A stretch of 64,000 bases of DNA from an uncultured Kofleriaceae bacterium (GTDB lineage: Bacteria; Myxococcota_A; Polyangia; HGW-17), in the NCBI GenBank assembly GCA_964516435.1, contig CAZEZP010000102.1, positions 246-64,245 on the forward strand, given 5' to 3'. The position numbers were made by a program, and so were the translations under genes. Below, piece by piece: positions 18,147 to 31,928 of the stretch. Under the pieces are notes generated by a model. That model made no database searches, was not told where the DNA came from, and saw only the letters and a program-made list of their open reading frames with translations. The first letter of the stretch is position 1, and every line of letters begins with the position of its first letter.

Positions 18147-19115
18147 TCAGGCTTTCGGAATGACGGCATGCCAGTTCTCCAGCCACGCTTCGACGGAATC
18201 CGGGGAATCGAGGGTGTCGGGGTCCCCCGTGAACGCCCCGCCCGGCCAGGACAGGCGCCATTTCCACTGGGGAACGCCGCCCAGCATGCGCGGCCACAGA
18301 TCGAAACGCACCCGCCCCTGCACCGGAGCGTCGAGGCGCACCGGGAAAAAGCATTGGCTCCAGTGGGTCGCGCCCGATTCCGGCGCATTGGCCAGTTCCA
18401 CGCCTTTTGCCAGTTGCGAGGAGAACCACAGGCCCACGCCGTCGAACGCGCGCGGCGCATCGAATTCCCAGACGGCCGTGAACACGTCCGGCAGTTCGTC
18501 GAAGCCGGGCCGGCCCGCGTAGAGCTCCACGGGCGGCGAAACGCCTTTGGCGGGCAGCGGCATCACCACCTTCGTCTGGAAAAGCGCCCCGGCGAGCCTG
18601 TCGAAGCGCAGCCCGCACATGTCGCCAAGCGCGTGCAGCCGCGCAGAAAACTCCGGAAGTTCCATGCAGGCGGCGTGCAGGCGCACAACGCCGGGAATGC
18701 ACGCCCGCGGCGGGCGCGGCAACAGCCGCAGGAAGTGCGCGTGGATGGCCATGATGTTCTCGTCGATGCCCTGGTTGCCGATCAGTTCGCTCATCACCAC
18801 GTCCACGGGCCCATCGACGGGAGCAGCCGTGAGCGCCAGGATATCGGCATGCACAAACTCCACACGGTCCGAAAGCCCGTTGTCCCGGGCCAGTTCGCGC
18901 GCCTGCCGGAGAATCCGCTCCTCCCGGTCGATGCCGATCACGCGGGACGCACCTGCGCGCGCCGCCAGCATGGCCAGCACGCCGGTGCCGGTCCCCAGAT
19001 CCACCACCACGTCCCCGGGGCGAACCGTGCGCGCGATGGCCTCGGCATAGGCGCGCATGCGCACTTCATCGGCCAGCATGCGCGCATGGAACTGCAAAAT
19101 CGCTTCGATCCGCAT
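18147..19115 (-). CDS. protein arginine methyltransferase (PRMT)-like class I SAM methyltransferase
   Basis: HARMLADEVR, VVDLGTGTGVLAMLAARAGA, VIGID, DVVMSELIGNQGIDE, ATHWSQ. Confidence 0.8.
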   Translation of the reverse strand: MRIEAILQFHARMLADEVRMRAYAEAIARTVRPGDVVVDLGTGTGVLAMLAARAGASRVIGIDREERILRQARELARDNGLSDRVEFVHADILALTAAPVDGPVDVVMSELIGNQGIDENIMAIHAHFLRLLPRPPRACIPGVVRLHAACMELPEFSARLHALGDMCGLRFDRLAGALFQTKVVMPLPAKGVSPPVELYAGRPGFDELPDVFTAVWEFDAPRAFDGVGLWFSSQLAKGVELANAPESGATHWSQCFFPVRLDAPVQGRVRFDLWPRMLGGVPQWKWRLSWPGGAFTGDPDTLDSPDSVEAWLENWHAVIPKA

Positions 19116-19142
19116 GACGTCTCCTGCCTTTTCCTGTCCGCG

Positions 19143-19526
19143 TCAGGAAATGACGCGCTCCATCGTGCGGCATGCCACCACGTCCACCCCCGGCACGCCC
19201 GTGACGTCGCGCAGCAGGACCTGCCCCGCACGCACGGGGGCCTCGGCGCGCAGCCGGCGGATTTCGGCCATGGCCTGGAACAAAAGCGCCTTGGGCAGCG
19301 GCGCCGAGAGTTTCACCGGCAGCCGCTCGTAGATGGCGCCGGCTATCGGCACCGTGGTGGAAAACGTACGCCGCGGGTCGGAAAACTCCTGCCGGGCGTA
19401 CTTGGCGCCCCGGCTGCACTCCTGCCCCTCGATCTCGAGGATGCGGTCTCCCTCGTGGACGAGCCGCAGGGGACACCCGATCGGGCAACTGATGCACACG
19501 TACTGCTGCACCCGGGGCTCGCTCAT
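19143..19526 (-). CDS. DUF1667 family small Fe-S/metal-binding protein
   Basis: [33 protein letters not shown] and RLPVK. Confidence 0.85.
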   Translation of the reverse strand: MSEPRVQQYVCISCPIGCPLRLVHEGDRILEIEGQECSRGAKYARQEFSDPRRTFSTTVPIAGAIYERLPVKLSAPLPKALLFQAMAEIRRLRAEAPVRAGQVLLRDVTGVPGVDVVACRTMERVIS

Positions 19527-20790
19527 GCTTCACCTCCCCCGCCGGATGCGGGAAGCAGATCGATTTGAAGGCGATCTTCATAGAATTTTTCCAGCAGATC
19601 CGGCTGGATGGTCAGGTGGATCATCTCCGCGGGCACCACGAAGCGCAACTTGCGCTCGAGCAGGTCGCCCACGCGCAGCACGCACGGAGACAGGCGCGTC
19701 TTGGCCCGCATGTAGATGGTGTGCGCTCGGTCCGGCGAGAGCGTGTGCGGCACGCAGTAGCGCACGTTGGCGCCCGGCACCAACTGGATGGTGTCCTTCG
19801 GGCGGCGCAGGCTGCGCGCATGCTCGCCGGCGAAGCGCCCCGCCCGCAGTGCCTCCTCGGTGACGTAATCCACCAGGTCGTGCACGTGCAGCACGTTGCC
19901 GCAGGCGAATACGCCCGGCAGGCTGGTGGAGAGCGTGGAATCCACGCGGGGGCCGCCCGTGACCACATCCAGCGCCAGTCCCAGGCTCTCGGAGAGTTCG
20001 TTTTCCGGAATGAGCCCGATGGACAAGAGCAGCGTGTCGCAGGGCACGTCCCAGGCGCGGGCCATGTCGGGGCGAGCCGCCTCGTCCACGGGCGCCACGG
20101 TCACGGCTTCCACACGGTCGCGCCCATGGATGCGCACGACCGTGGTGGACAGGTGCAGCGGAATGCCGAAATCGTTCAGACACTGCACCACGTTGCGCGT
20201 GAGCCCGTTGGAATAGGGCATCAGTTCGAACACGCCGGCCACCTCCACGCCTTCGAGCGTGAGCCGGCGCGCCATGATGAGCCCGATGTCGCCGGATCCC
20301 AGGATCACGGCCCGCCGCCCCGGCAGGTAGCCGTGGAGATTGACCAGTTTCTGGGCCAGCCCCGCGGTGAAAATCCCCGCCGGCCGCGTTCCCGGAATGC
20401 GCACGGCACCCCGGGTGCGCTCGCGGCAGCCCATGGCCAGCACCACCGCCCGGCATTCCACGGTCGAAAGCCCGCCGCGGGCGGAAAGCACGTGGACCTG
20501 CCGGTTGCCGAAGGAATCCACGGCCAGCCCGGTGACGTAGGCGTTGGGTGCGACGTCGACGTCGTGCTCGAGCACGCGCATGACGAAACGTTCGGCATAC
20601 TCGGGGCCGGTGAGTTCCTCCCGGAAGTAGTGCAGCCCGAAACCGGCGTGGATGCACTGGCGCAAAATCCCGCCGGGCTCGGGCTCGCGCTCCACCACCA
20701 GCACGCGCGAGACCCCGCTCTCGAGCGCCCCCAGCGCGGCCGCCAGCCCGGCCGGCCCGCCGCCCACCACCACCACGTCGTAGCGCCGGT

Positions 20791-20794
<4 letters not shown>
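19523..20794 (-). CDS. pyridine nucleotide-disulfide (FAD/NAD) oxidoreductase
   Basis: [68 protein letters not shown] overlaps the upstream TGA. Confidence 0.88.
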
Positions 20795-22293
<1,499 letters not shown>

Positions 22294-22380
22294 GGTCGCT
22301 CCGTCTGCCAGCCGGGAATGACGTCCGCCGGCGGCAGACGTGATTATTCGGAGGCTTTCTCCCCGATGTCAATGCCGCAT

Positions 22381-23053
22381 TCAGTTGCCGGAAGGTTTCT
22401 GCACCAGCCACAGCGTGTTGGACGACAGCCAGGACGTGCGGATGGGCAGCCACTGGGGCGCCAGTTCCCATTTCTCCTTCACTTCCAGCCCGGCCTTGTC
22501 CAGGAAGAATGTAAAAAGCCATGGCAACAAAGGAGAAACATGTCCGGACGCCTCGGCGCAGAAGGGGTCCTGAATGCGGCGCTTCTGCCGGTAGAAATGC
22601 GTGAACTCGCCCTTGAGCAGGTAGCGCAGGCGGCTGGGCAGGCTCGAAATGTTGGGCGTGCTCAGCAGGCAATGGCCCCCTGGCTCCAGAACGCGCGCCA
22701 CATCCCGCAGGAATGCCTGGGGATTCTCCAGGTGCTCGATGATTTCCAGCGCCAGAACCGTCCGCGCGCTGGCGTCGGCTTCCGGAAGCCCACGGTTCAG
22801 ATCCGCCCGGACGCAGGGAATGCCGGCCGGCAGGAACTGATCCGTGTTGACGTCGCACGCCCGTACCTCGAATCCCATGTCCGACAGGCGCAGGGACGTA
22901 TAGCCGGAGCCTGCGCCAAGATCCACGAGCCGGCCGCGGGGCAGTTTCTCCAGAATGTGGAACACTTTCTCCATAGACTTCCGGATGCGCCCGCATGTGA
23001 AAGGAAAGCCCCTTGTATTCCAGGTATTTCTTGCAGACCTTTTCTTCCGACAT
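22381..23053 (-). pseudogene. class I SAM methyltransferase apparently split by a 1-nt insertion near 22975
   Basis: AAAGGAG-preceded ATG at 23053 encodes MSEEK..HPEV. The catalytic part (MEKVF..LVDLGAGSG..LEIIEHLENP..LSTPN) continues in the +1 frame. Confidence 0.6.
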
Positions 23054-23094
23054 GAAAACTCCTTTTGCTGGAAAATAATAGTATAACAATAAAA

Positions 23095-23253
23095 CTAACT
23101 ACCCAGCACGCTTTGTATGAACATAAAAAGGACAATCAACCCCAGCGGAATGCCGAACGCCACCATGAACAGGCGCCAGGGGGATTGCGACGGGGCTTCC
23201 TGCAATTTTTCCTCTGTTTCTACTTCCACGGTTTTGGATGTATGCTTTTTCAT
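23095..23253 (-). CDS. 52-aa single-TM small protein (absent from ORF track)
   Basis: MKKHTSKTVEVETEEKLQEAPSQSPWRLFMVAFGIPLGLIVLFMFIQSVLGS. GGAGG lies 7 nt upstream of the ATG. Confidence 0.65.
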   Translation of the reverse strand: MKKHTSKTVEVETEEKLQEAPSQSPWRLFMVAFGIPLGLIVLFMFIQSVLGS

Positions 23254-23260
23254 CTTTTTT

Positions 23261-23327
23261 CCTCCACGGAAAATTCAATGCATTTCAATTCAATTTTTTT
23301 AAATATTGAATCTTATTTCCGTGGAGG
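23261..23327 (-). promoter_or_regulatory. 12-bp perfect inverted repeat enclosing an AT-rich core and containing the SD of the small ORF
   Basis: CCTCCACGGAAA (23261-23272) and TTTCCGTGGAGG (23316-23327), with inner ATTCAAT/ATTGAAT. Confidence 0.6.
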
Positions 23328-23852
23328 ACCGCGAGGGATAAAGACGGAAGCAAAAAGCGGTTGCGCGGGATGGAATTCGTTCCGGTCCGGGGATTCCGGC
23401 ATCCCCGGAACAGGTATCCAGATGCACGCGGGCAGCTGGGCCGGGCCATCATGGCCGGGATGCCAGACCCCGCGGGGAAAGGCGCGCACGAACCGCACGG
23501 CCGGCTGGAAGGACATCCGGCCCGCCCGGGAAGCCACAACTGCCGAGGTCTCGCCAGCGGGAGCCGAAGCGATGGTCTCTTCCGCAAAAAAAGTGGAGAC
23601 CGGCAGGCGATGAAAACTTGCCGCGGCCTTTCCGGAGAAGACCAGCAGCAAAGAAATCAGCAGATGGACAACCCCTCTTTTCGCTTTTTCCCAGTTCTGC
23701 GCGGGAATGAGAAAAGAAAGATGCGTGTCCACGAAACCTCGCCGCCGGGAATGCATAACGGCACGGAAGACGATACTCCTCTTTTCAGGCAAGGCAAGAG
23801 ATTTTCCGCCCCATCGCGAATGGAGCGCGAACCGCCGTGGAAAACCGGTGCA

Positions 23853-25970
23853 TCAGCGCAGGCGCCGGCGTGCCCGCAAGCCCCAGAGCAGCAGGAACGA
23901 AAATCCCAGGATGCCCGGCGTGCCCGACAAAGAGGCACTGCCGCTGCTGGAGCAGCCGGAAGCCTTCCCCGAGGAGCGGCATTCCGCAGCATCCTGGCAG
24001 CCGGGATCCGCGCAGTCCACGAGACCGTCGCGGTTGTTGTCGATACCGTCACCGCACAACTCCGGGAGAGAAACGGCGCAGGCGCTGTGCGAAAAACACT
24101 GTGGATCCAGGCAGTCGATCCGGCCGTTGCCATTGTCGTCGATGCCGTTGGTGCAGGTCTCCGGAATCTCCATGCAGCCGGCGAAGGTGGCGCAGAAGGG
24201 ATCGTCGCAGTCCACCCATCCGTCCCGGTCGTCGTCGGTCCCATTGTCGCAGATTTCATTCCCCGGCAGGTTGCAGTTCGGATGCGAGACGCAGTCGGCG
24301 TCGGAGCAGTCGATCAGGCCGTCGCGGTCGTTGTCGACGCGATCCGTGCAGTTCTCTGGCTCCACCACCACGCAGGCCGAATGGCCCGTGCAGTCGGCAT
24401 CGGCGCAGTCCGTGCGGCCGTCGCGATCGTCGTCGACGCCGTTGTTGCAATCCTCGGGGGATGGCGGCGTGCAGGCCGAATCACTGGCGCAGTCAGGATC
24501 CGAGCAGTCCCGCTTGCCGTCGCCGTCGTCATCGAGGCCGTTGTTGCAGTTCTCCGCGGTGATGCAGGCCGGATTGCCCGAACAGTCGGTGTCGGAACAG
24601 TCCCGGCGCCCATCGCCATCGTCATCGAGGCCGTTGTTGCAGTTCTCCGCCGTCCCGCCCGAAGTGCAGGAAATGGACAGCGTGTAGGAACCCGGATTCT
24701 CATAGGTTTCCACGATGAGGTAGTGGGCCGAGGAATCCATGGTGAACGAGATCTGCTCGGTGGCGCCGGCCTGATTGATGGACGCCTCCACGCAGGTGCT
24801 GGGACCGCAGGTTCCCGTGGAATGGATGAGGTCCAGATCCGAGGTCGAGGATGCGAGAGTGAGCGTAGCCGTGACCTGGGTCCCTGCGGCGGCCGTGACG
24901 CGATAGGCGCGCTCCGGCCCGTTTTCGGGATAGCCGCCCGTGCAGGCGGATGGATAGTTCACATACGGCAGGTAGGCGCCCGTCGTGGTGGCACTGACGC
25001 TCTGGCCGCAGGCGATCGCGGCGGCATTGCCGCATGCGTCCTGATTGCAGACGGACTGCGAGGCGCAGGCCGGATCCGCGCAATCGATGCTCCCGTTGCC
25101 GTCGTCGTCGACGCCGTTGGTGCAGTTCTCCGGCGTCGTCACCCCCAGAAAGGAATTGATGTAGCTTTCGAACGCGTCCACTTTCGTGGCGGCGCCGAAA
25201 TAGTCGCACTGGTTGCTCGAGTTCGTCAGCACCCAGGAATTGACGCCGGCCACGTATTCCACGCCGTTGCGCGTCACGAAAGCCGGGCCGCCGGAATCGC
25301 CCTGGCAGATGCCGCCGCGGGAAGAATCCATGAGGATTCCGAGGGAACCCGGCGGCAACTGGGTGTAGCCGACGTTGGGCACGGTATAGTTGCAGAAACC
25401 GGAAGTCGAGCACACGATGACCGGCGGCCGGGTGATGGTGAGCTTGACGCCGCTGGTGCCGGTCTCGGTGAGGCCGAACCCCACGAACTGCAGGTTGGTG
25501 GTGTTGACATCGGCCGATGTCAACTGCAGGCTCGCCGGCAGGGGCGGAATCGGGGTCACGGTGGAGGGCGCCGCCTGGGAGAGCCGCAGCAGCGCGATGT
25601 CGTTGCGGTAGGACTGGGAGGGATCATATCCCGGATGCCGGCTCACCTCCGAAACGGTGCGCGTGGCGTAGAACGAATTCACGTTGTTTCCGAAATACAC
25701 GGTGAACGCCGAGGGCGCCAGGGTGGCGCCGCTGGAATTCACGACGCAGTGGGCCGCCGTGAGCACCACGCGGGAGGAAATCAGCGTGCCCGTGCAGGAG
25801 TTTCCCCAGCCGCCACCCAAATCCATGTACAAATACACGACCGCCTGGTGCCGGGTCGTCGTATCTGCCGTCCCGTATAGAATCCAGGAATCCGGTGAGA
25901 GCGGAAGCGTTTCCTGCTGGCAGGCCGAGAACAGCACGAGCGAAACAACCGCAAGCATCTTTTTATTCAT
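23853..25970 (-). CDS. trypsin-like serine protease with PPC-like domain, eight Cys/Asp repeats and MYXO-CTERM-like tail
   Basis: Triad LTAAHC / DIALLRL / GDSGGP. Repeats E.C.NG.DDD.DG..DC.D..C. Tail SGC..PGILGFSFLLLWGLRARRRLR. Confidence 0.88.
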   Translation of the reverse strand: MNKKMLAVVSLVLFSACQQETLPLSPDSWILYGTADTTTRHQAVVYLYMDLGGGWGNSCTGTLISSRVVLTAAHCVVNSSGATLAPSAFTVYFGNNVNSFYATRTVSEVSRHPGYDPSQSYRNDIALLRLSQAAPSTVTPIPPLPASLQLTSADVNTTNLQFVGFGLTETGTSGVKLTITRPPVIVCSTSGFCNYTVPNVGYTQLPPGSLGILMDSSRGGICQGDSGGPAFVTRNGVEYVAGVNSWVLTNSSNQCDYFGAATKVDAFESYINSFLGVTTPENCTNGVDDDGNGSIDCADPACASQSVCNQDACGNAAAIACGQSVSATTTGAYLPYVNYPSACTGGYPENGPERAYRVTAAAGTQVTATLTLASSTSDLDLIHSTGTCGPSTCVEASINQAGATEQISFTMDSSAHYLIVETYENPGSYTLSISCTSGGTAENCNNGLDDDGDGRRDCSDTDCSGNPACITAENCNNGLDDDGDGKRDCSDPDCASDSACTPPSPEDCNNGVDDDRDGRTDCADADCTGHSACVVVEPENCTDRVDNDRDGLIDCSDADCVSHPNCNLPGNEICDNGTDDDRDGWVDCDDPFCATFAGCMEIPETCTNGIDDNGNGRIDCLDPQCFSHSACAVSLPELCGDGIDNNRDGLVDCADPGCQDAAECRSSGKASGCSSSGSASLSGTPGILGFSFLLLWGLRARRRLR

Positions 25971-26139
25971 GGCGTTTCTCCTTTGGCAGGAAGGACGACG
26001 CAACCCCAACCCGTGTTATTTTTCCCAACGCAAGTACAATGTCAACGCAATTTTTCCTGTGAAACTGAAATTTCACAATCATCTTTGGATTTTTTCGAAT
26101 TCCATTTATCCTTGCCAGAGTCCGAAAAGGAGAGAATCC

Positions 26140-27507
26140 ATGATTCGATTGACGAAAAAATTTTTTTCAGATCTCGGCATCTGGATGCTGTTGCTGGGAA
26201 CGACAACCGGCATTGCATTTCCATTTTTCCTCCATGCGCTGGGGGTACCCACCCCCATTGTTTATTCGCCCTTGTTTTTTGCGCTCTGTGTGGCTGCAGG
26301 CATTTTCGTAGGCTCCCTGAATTTCCTGCTGGCCCGGACCATCGTGGAATCCCGCATCGCCCTGATGAGTTCCAGGATGAAGGACATCGAAAAACGCCTG
26401 CACGAGGTCTCGATTCTCGACGACAACTTCCAGTGCGTGGGCGAGCATTGCCATCTTCCCGTGGATTCGGACGATTTCATCGGAGAGAACGCGCGCACGT
26501 TCAACGCGCTCATTGCCGCCCTGCAGGAAAGTTTCTCGATGCAGCGGGATTACCGTGTCTTCACGGATGTACTCAACCGGCATCTGGAACTGGCCGAACT
26601 GGCGCAGAAGGGCCTGGAAGAGATGCTGCGGCTTTCCGGCGCTTCGGCAGGATTGATCGCCTGCGAATCGGCCGGCGAACTCGTGCCGGCCGCCAACATC
26701 GGCATCCTGGATGTCGAGGCCGTCCTGCGCAACGCCATGGTGAAGCGCACCTTCGAATCCGGAACCTTCCGGTTCCTGGATTTTCCGCCCGAAGTGCGCG
26801 CCGATGGTGTGCTGCTGGCCTTCACGCCGCGGCAGGTGGCCCTGCTTCCGGTGAAATACAAGGACATCCCCATCGGCATCCTGCTTTTGGCCTCCGCCCG
26901 CGGCTTCGACGAGCGGTTCGCCGACCGGATCGCCACGTTCCTGAAGGGCCTGTCCCTGGCGCTCAACAACAGCCTGGCGCATGAGCGGCTGCAGCGCATG
27001 GCGGCACTCGACCCCCTCACGGGCGTCTACAACCGGCGCTTCGGCCAGGTCCGCCTGCACGAGGAATTCGGACGCGCCGTGCGTTCGCACAGCCCGCTGG
27101 GACTGCTGATGCTCGACATCGACCATTTCAAGTCCTTCAACGACACCTACGGGCATCTCACGGGGGACCGCGTCATCAAGAGTGTGGCCTCCGCCTGCCG
27201 GCGCTGCCTGCGTGAAGGCGATCTGCTGGTGCGATTCGGCGGCGAGGAATTCTACGTGGCCCTGCCGGCTGCGGCATGCACGGACCTGGCCGCAATCGGG
27301 GAGCGTATCCGCCGCACGGTGGAGGAGATGAAAATCCCGGAAGGCGAGCGTAGCCTTTCGGTGACCGTGAGTGTCGGCGGCGCGGCCTTCCCCTGCGAAG
27401 GAGTAAACAGCGAGGAGGATCTCCTCCGGCTGGCCGACGAGGCCCTGTACCGGGCCAAGCAGAGCGGACGCAACCGCGTGGAAATCGCCCCGCAAACATC
27501 CGTGTAG
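26140..27507 (+). CDS. membrane-anchored GAF-like/GGDEF diguanylate cyclase
   Basis: Two TM helices, DPLTGVYNRR, DIDHFKSFNDTYGH..GD, I-site REGD, RFGGEEF, ADEALYRAK..GRN. Confidence 0.9.
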   Translation: MIRLTKKFFSDLGIWMLLLGTTTGIAFPFFLHALGVPTPIVYSPLFFALCVAAGIFVGSLNFLLARTIVESRIALMSSRMKDIEKRLHEVSILDDNFQCVGEHCHLPVDSDDFIGENARTFNALIAALQESFSMQRDYRVFTDVLNRHLELAELAQKGLEEMLRLSGASAGLIACESAGELVPAANIGILDVEAVLRNAMVKRTFESGTFRFLDFPPEVRADGVLLAFTPRQVALLPVKYKDIPIGILLLASARGFDERFADRIATFLKGLSLALNNSLAHERLQRMAALDPLTGVYNRRFGQVRLHEEFGRAVRSHSPLGLLMLDIDHFKSFNDTYGHLTGDRVIKSVASACRRCLREGDLLVRFGGEEFYVALPAAACTDLAAIGERIRRTVEEMKIPEGERSLSVTVSVGGAAFPCEGVNSEEDLLRLADEALYRAKQSGRNRVEIAPQTSV

Positions 27508-27588
27508 ATTCTCCGCCCGGCTGCCTTGACTCCTGGCCCCATTCCCCCTAGAAAAAGAATGTCGTCTGCATCTCACGAGGTACCCGAC

Positions 27589-30672
<3,084 letters not shown>

Positions 30673-30737
30673 ATTCATCCGCATCCCCTCCCCCCAGCCG
30701 TTCCTGCGCTGCGGCATTTATGCCAGGCAGAACCAAT

Positions 30738-30774
30738 TATAAAAATTCAAGGTTATAAATATAAAAATTCAAGG
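30738..30774. repeat. 15-bp direct repeat TATAAAAATTCAAGG x2 with 22-bp period
   Basis: Copies at 30738-30752 and 30760-30774 separated by TTATAAA, in an AT-rich gap between convergent genes. Confidence 0.8.
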
Positions 30775-30782
30775 ATCGAAAA

Positions 30783-31919
30783 TCATTCCATGTCGTAGGA
30801 GGCCAGGAATGGAAAGCGCACCGGATCGATGCGGTAATGCTTGGCCAGGAAGGCGGGATTGCGCTCCCGCCAGAGAATTTCTCCGAGTTCGTCGCACAGG
30901 GGGATGAGCATGCGCTCGTGCTCGCAGACGAGCGGGTGCACCTGGTCGATTTCCCCGGTGGAGGTGAAATTGTTGCACCCGCAGTACTGGATGCAGCGGC
31001 CCGCGTAGGCGCATTCGGCGCACACGGCCTTGGGGGAGAGGCTCCTGCGGGACAGGGCCCGGCGCGCCTCCGTGAAGCCGGTGTGCACGTGTCCGATGGC
31101 GTACGAAGCGGCCTCCGGCCGGTCGGAGACGAAACGCACGCAGGGGAAGAGCGTGCCGTCGGGCGCCACGGAAATCTTGGAAATTCCGAAATCGCATGGC
31201 GGATTCTCGAGAAAATCCCCGCGAATGCGGGTCTTCAACTTGTCGTCGATGAGGTTGAGGTAGAAATACTCGCCGGCGCGGGTCTTTTCCAGGTACCACG
31301 CGCCCAGGGCGCGATACTGGTCCGAAAGGATGGAAAACGATGCCCCATCCCATCCCTCGTCCGCGAAATCCAGTTGATGCGCCATGTAGCGGATGCCCTG
31401 GCGCCACATCCATTCGACGGATTCACACAGGCGGGGAGCGGAAGCCGGCGTGATGACGGAGGAAAACACCGTCAGCGGGCAGATGCGCAGGATCTCGGGC
31501 AGCACGGCCGAAAACGCATCGAAACTGCCCGTGCCATCGGCGAACACGCGGGCGGCATCGTGGGCGGCGCGATCCCCGTCGCAGGAAACGGCGAACAGGA
31601 TGGCGTTCTCCCGGCAATACCGGAGAATCTCCGGCGTGAAGAGCAGCCCGTTGGTGGACATCCGGAAGGCCACGGCCTGGTTCTTATGCCGGGCGAGCGC
31701 CTTGGCGTACTCCACGATCCCGCGGATCGAATCGAACCGCAGGAGGGGTTCGCCGCCAAAAAACGAGACGCAGAAACTCTCCCGCCCTTCGCGAGAGGCC
31801 AGTTCCACGGCGGCTTTGGCCGTCTCTTCCGACATGACTTCGCCGTGACCCGACTTAGCCGCATAGCAATATTTGCATTGAAGATTACATTTTGTCGTCA
31901 GATGCAGAATTACTTTCAT
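30783..31919 (-). CDS. radical SAM/SPASM domain protein
   Basis: CNLQCKYCY, FFGGEPLL, STNG, VSCDG. SPASM: CDFG..ISVAPDGTLFPCVRF..CAECAYAGRCIQYCGC..C. Confidence 0.92.
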   Translation of the reverse strand: MKVILHLTTKCNLQCKYCYAAKSGHGEVMSEETAKAAVELASREGRESFCVSFFGGEPLLRFDSIRGIVEYAKALARHKNQAVAFRMSTNGLLFTPEILRYCRENAILFAVSCDGDRAAHDAARVFADGTGSFDAFSAVLPEILRICPLTVFSSVITPASAPRLCESVEWMWRQGIRYMAHQLDFADEGWDGASFSILSDQYRALGAWYLEKTRAGEYFYLNLIDDKLKTRIRGDFLENPPCDFGISKISVAPDGTLFPCVRFVSDRPEAASYAIGHVHTGFTEARRALSRRSLSPKAVCAECAYAGRCIQYCGCNNFTSTGEIDQVHPLVCEHERMLIPLCDELGEILWRERNPAFLAKHYRIDPVRFPFLASYDME

Positions 31920-31928
31920 GAAATATTA

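Noticed and set aside
23313-23792. 159-aa minus-strand ORF between the trypsin gene and the small TM gene
   Set aside because: Contains a hydrophobic stretch but has no RBS, weak codon bias and runs into the inverted repeat. It cannot be supported, though it is not excluded.
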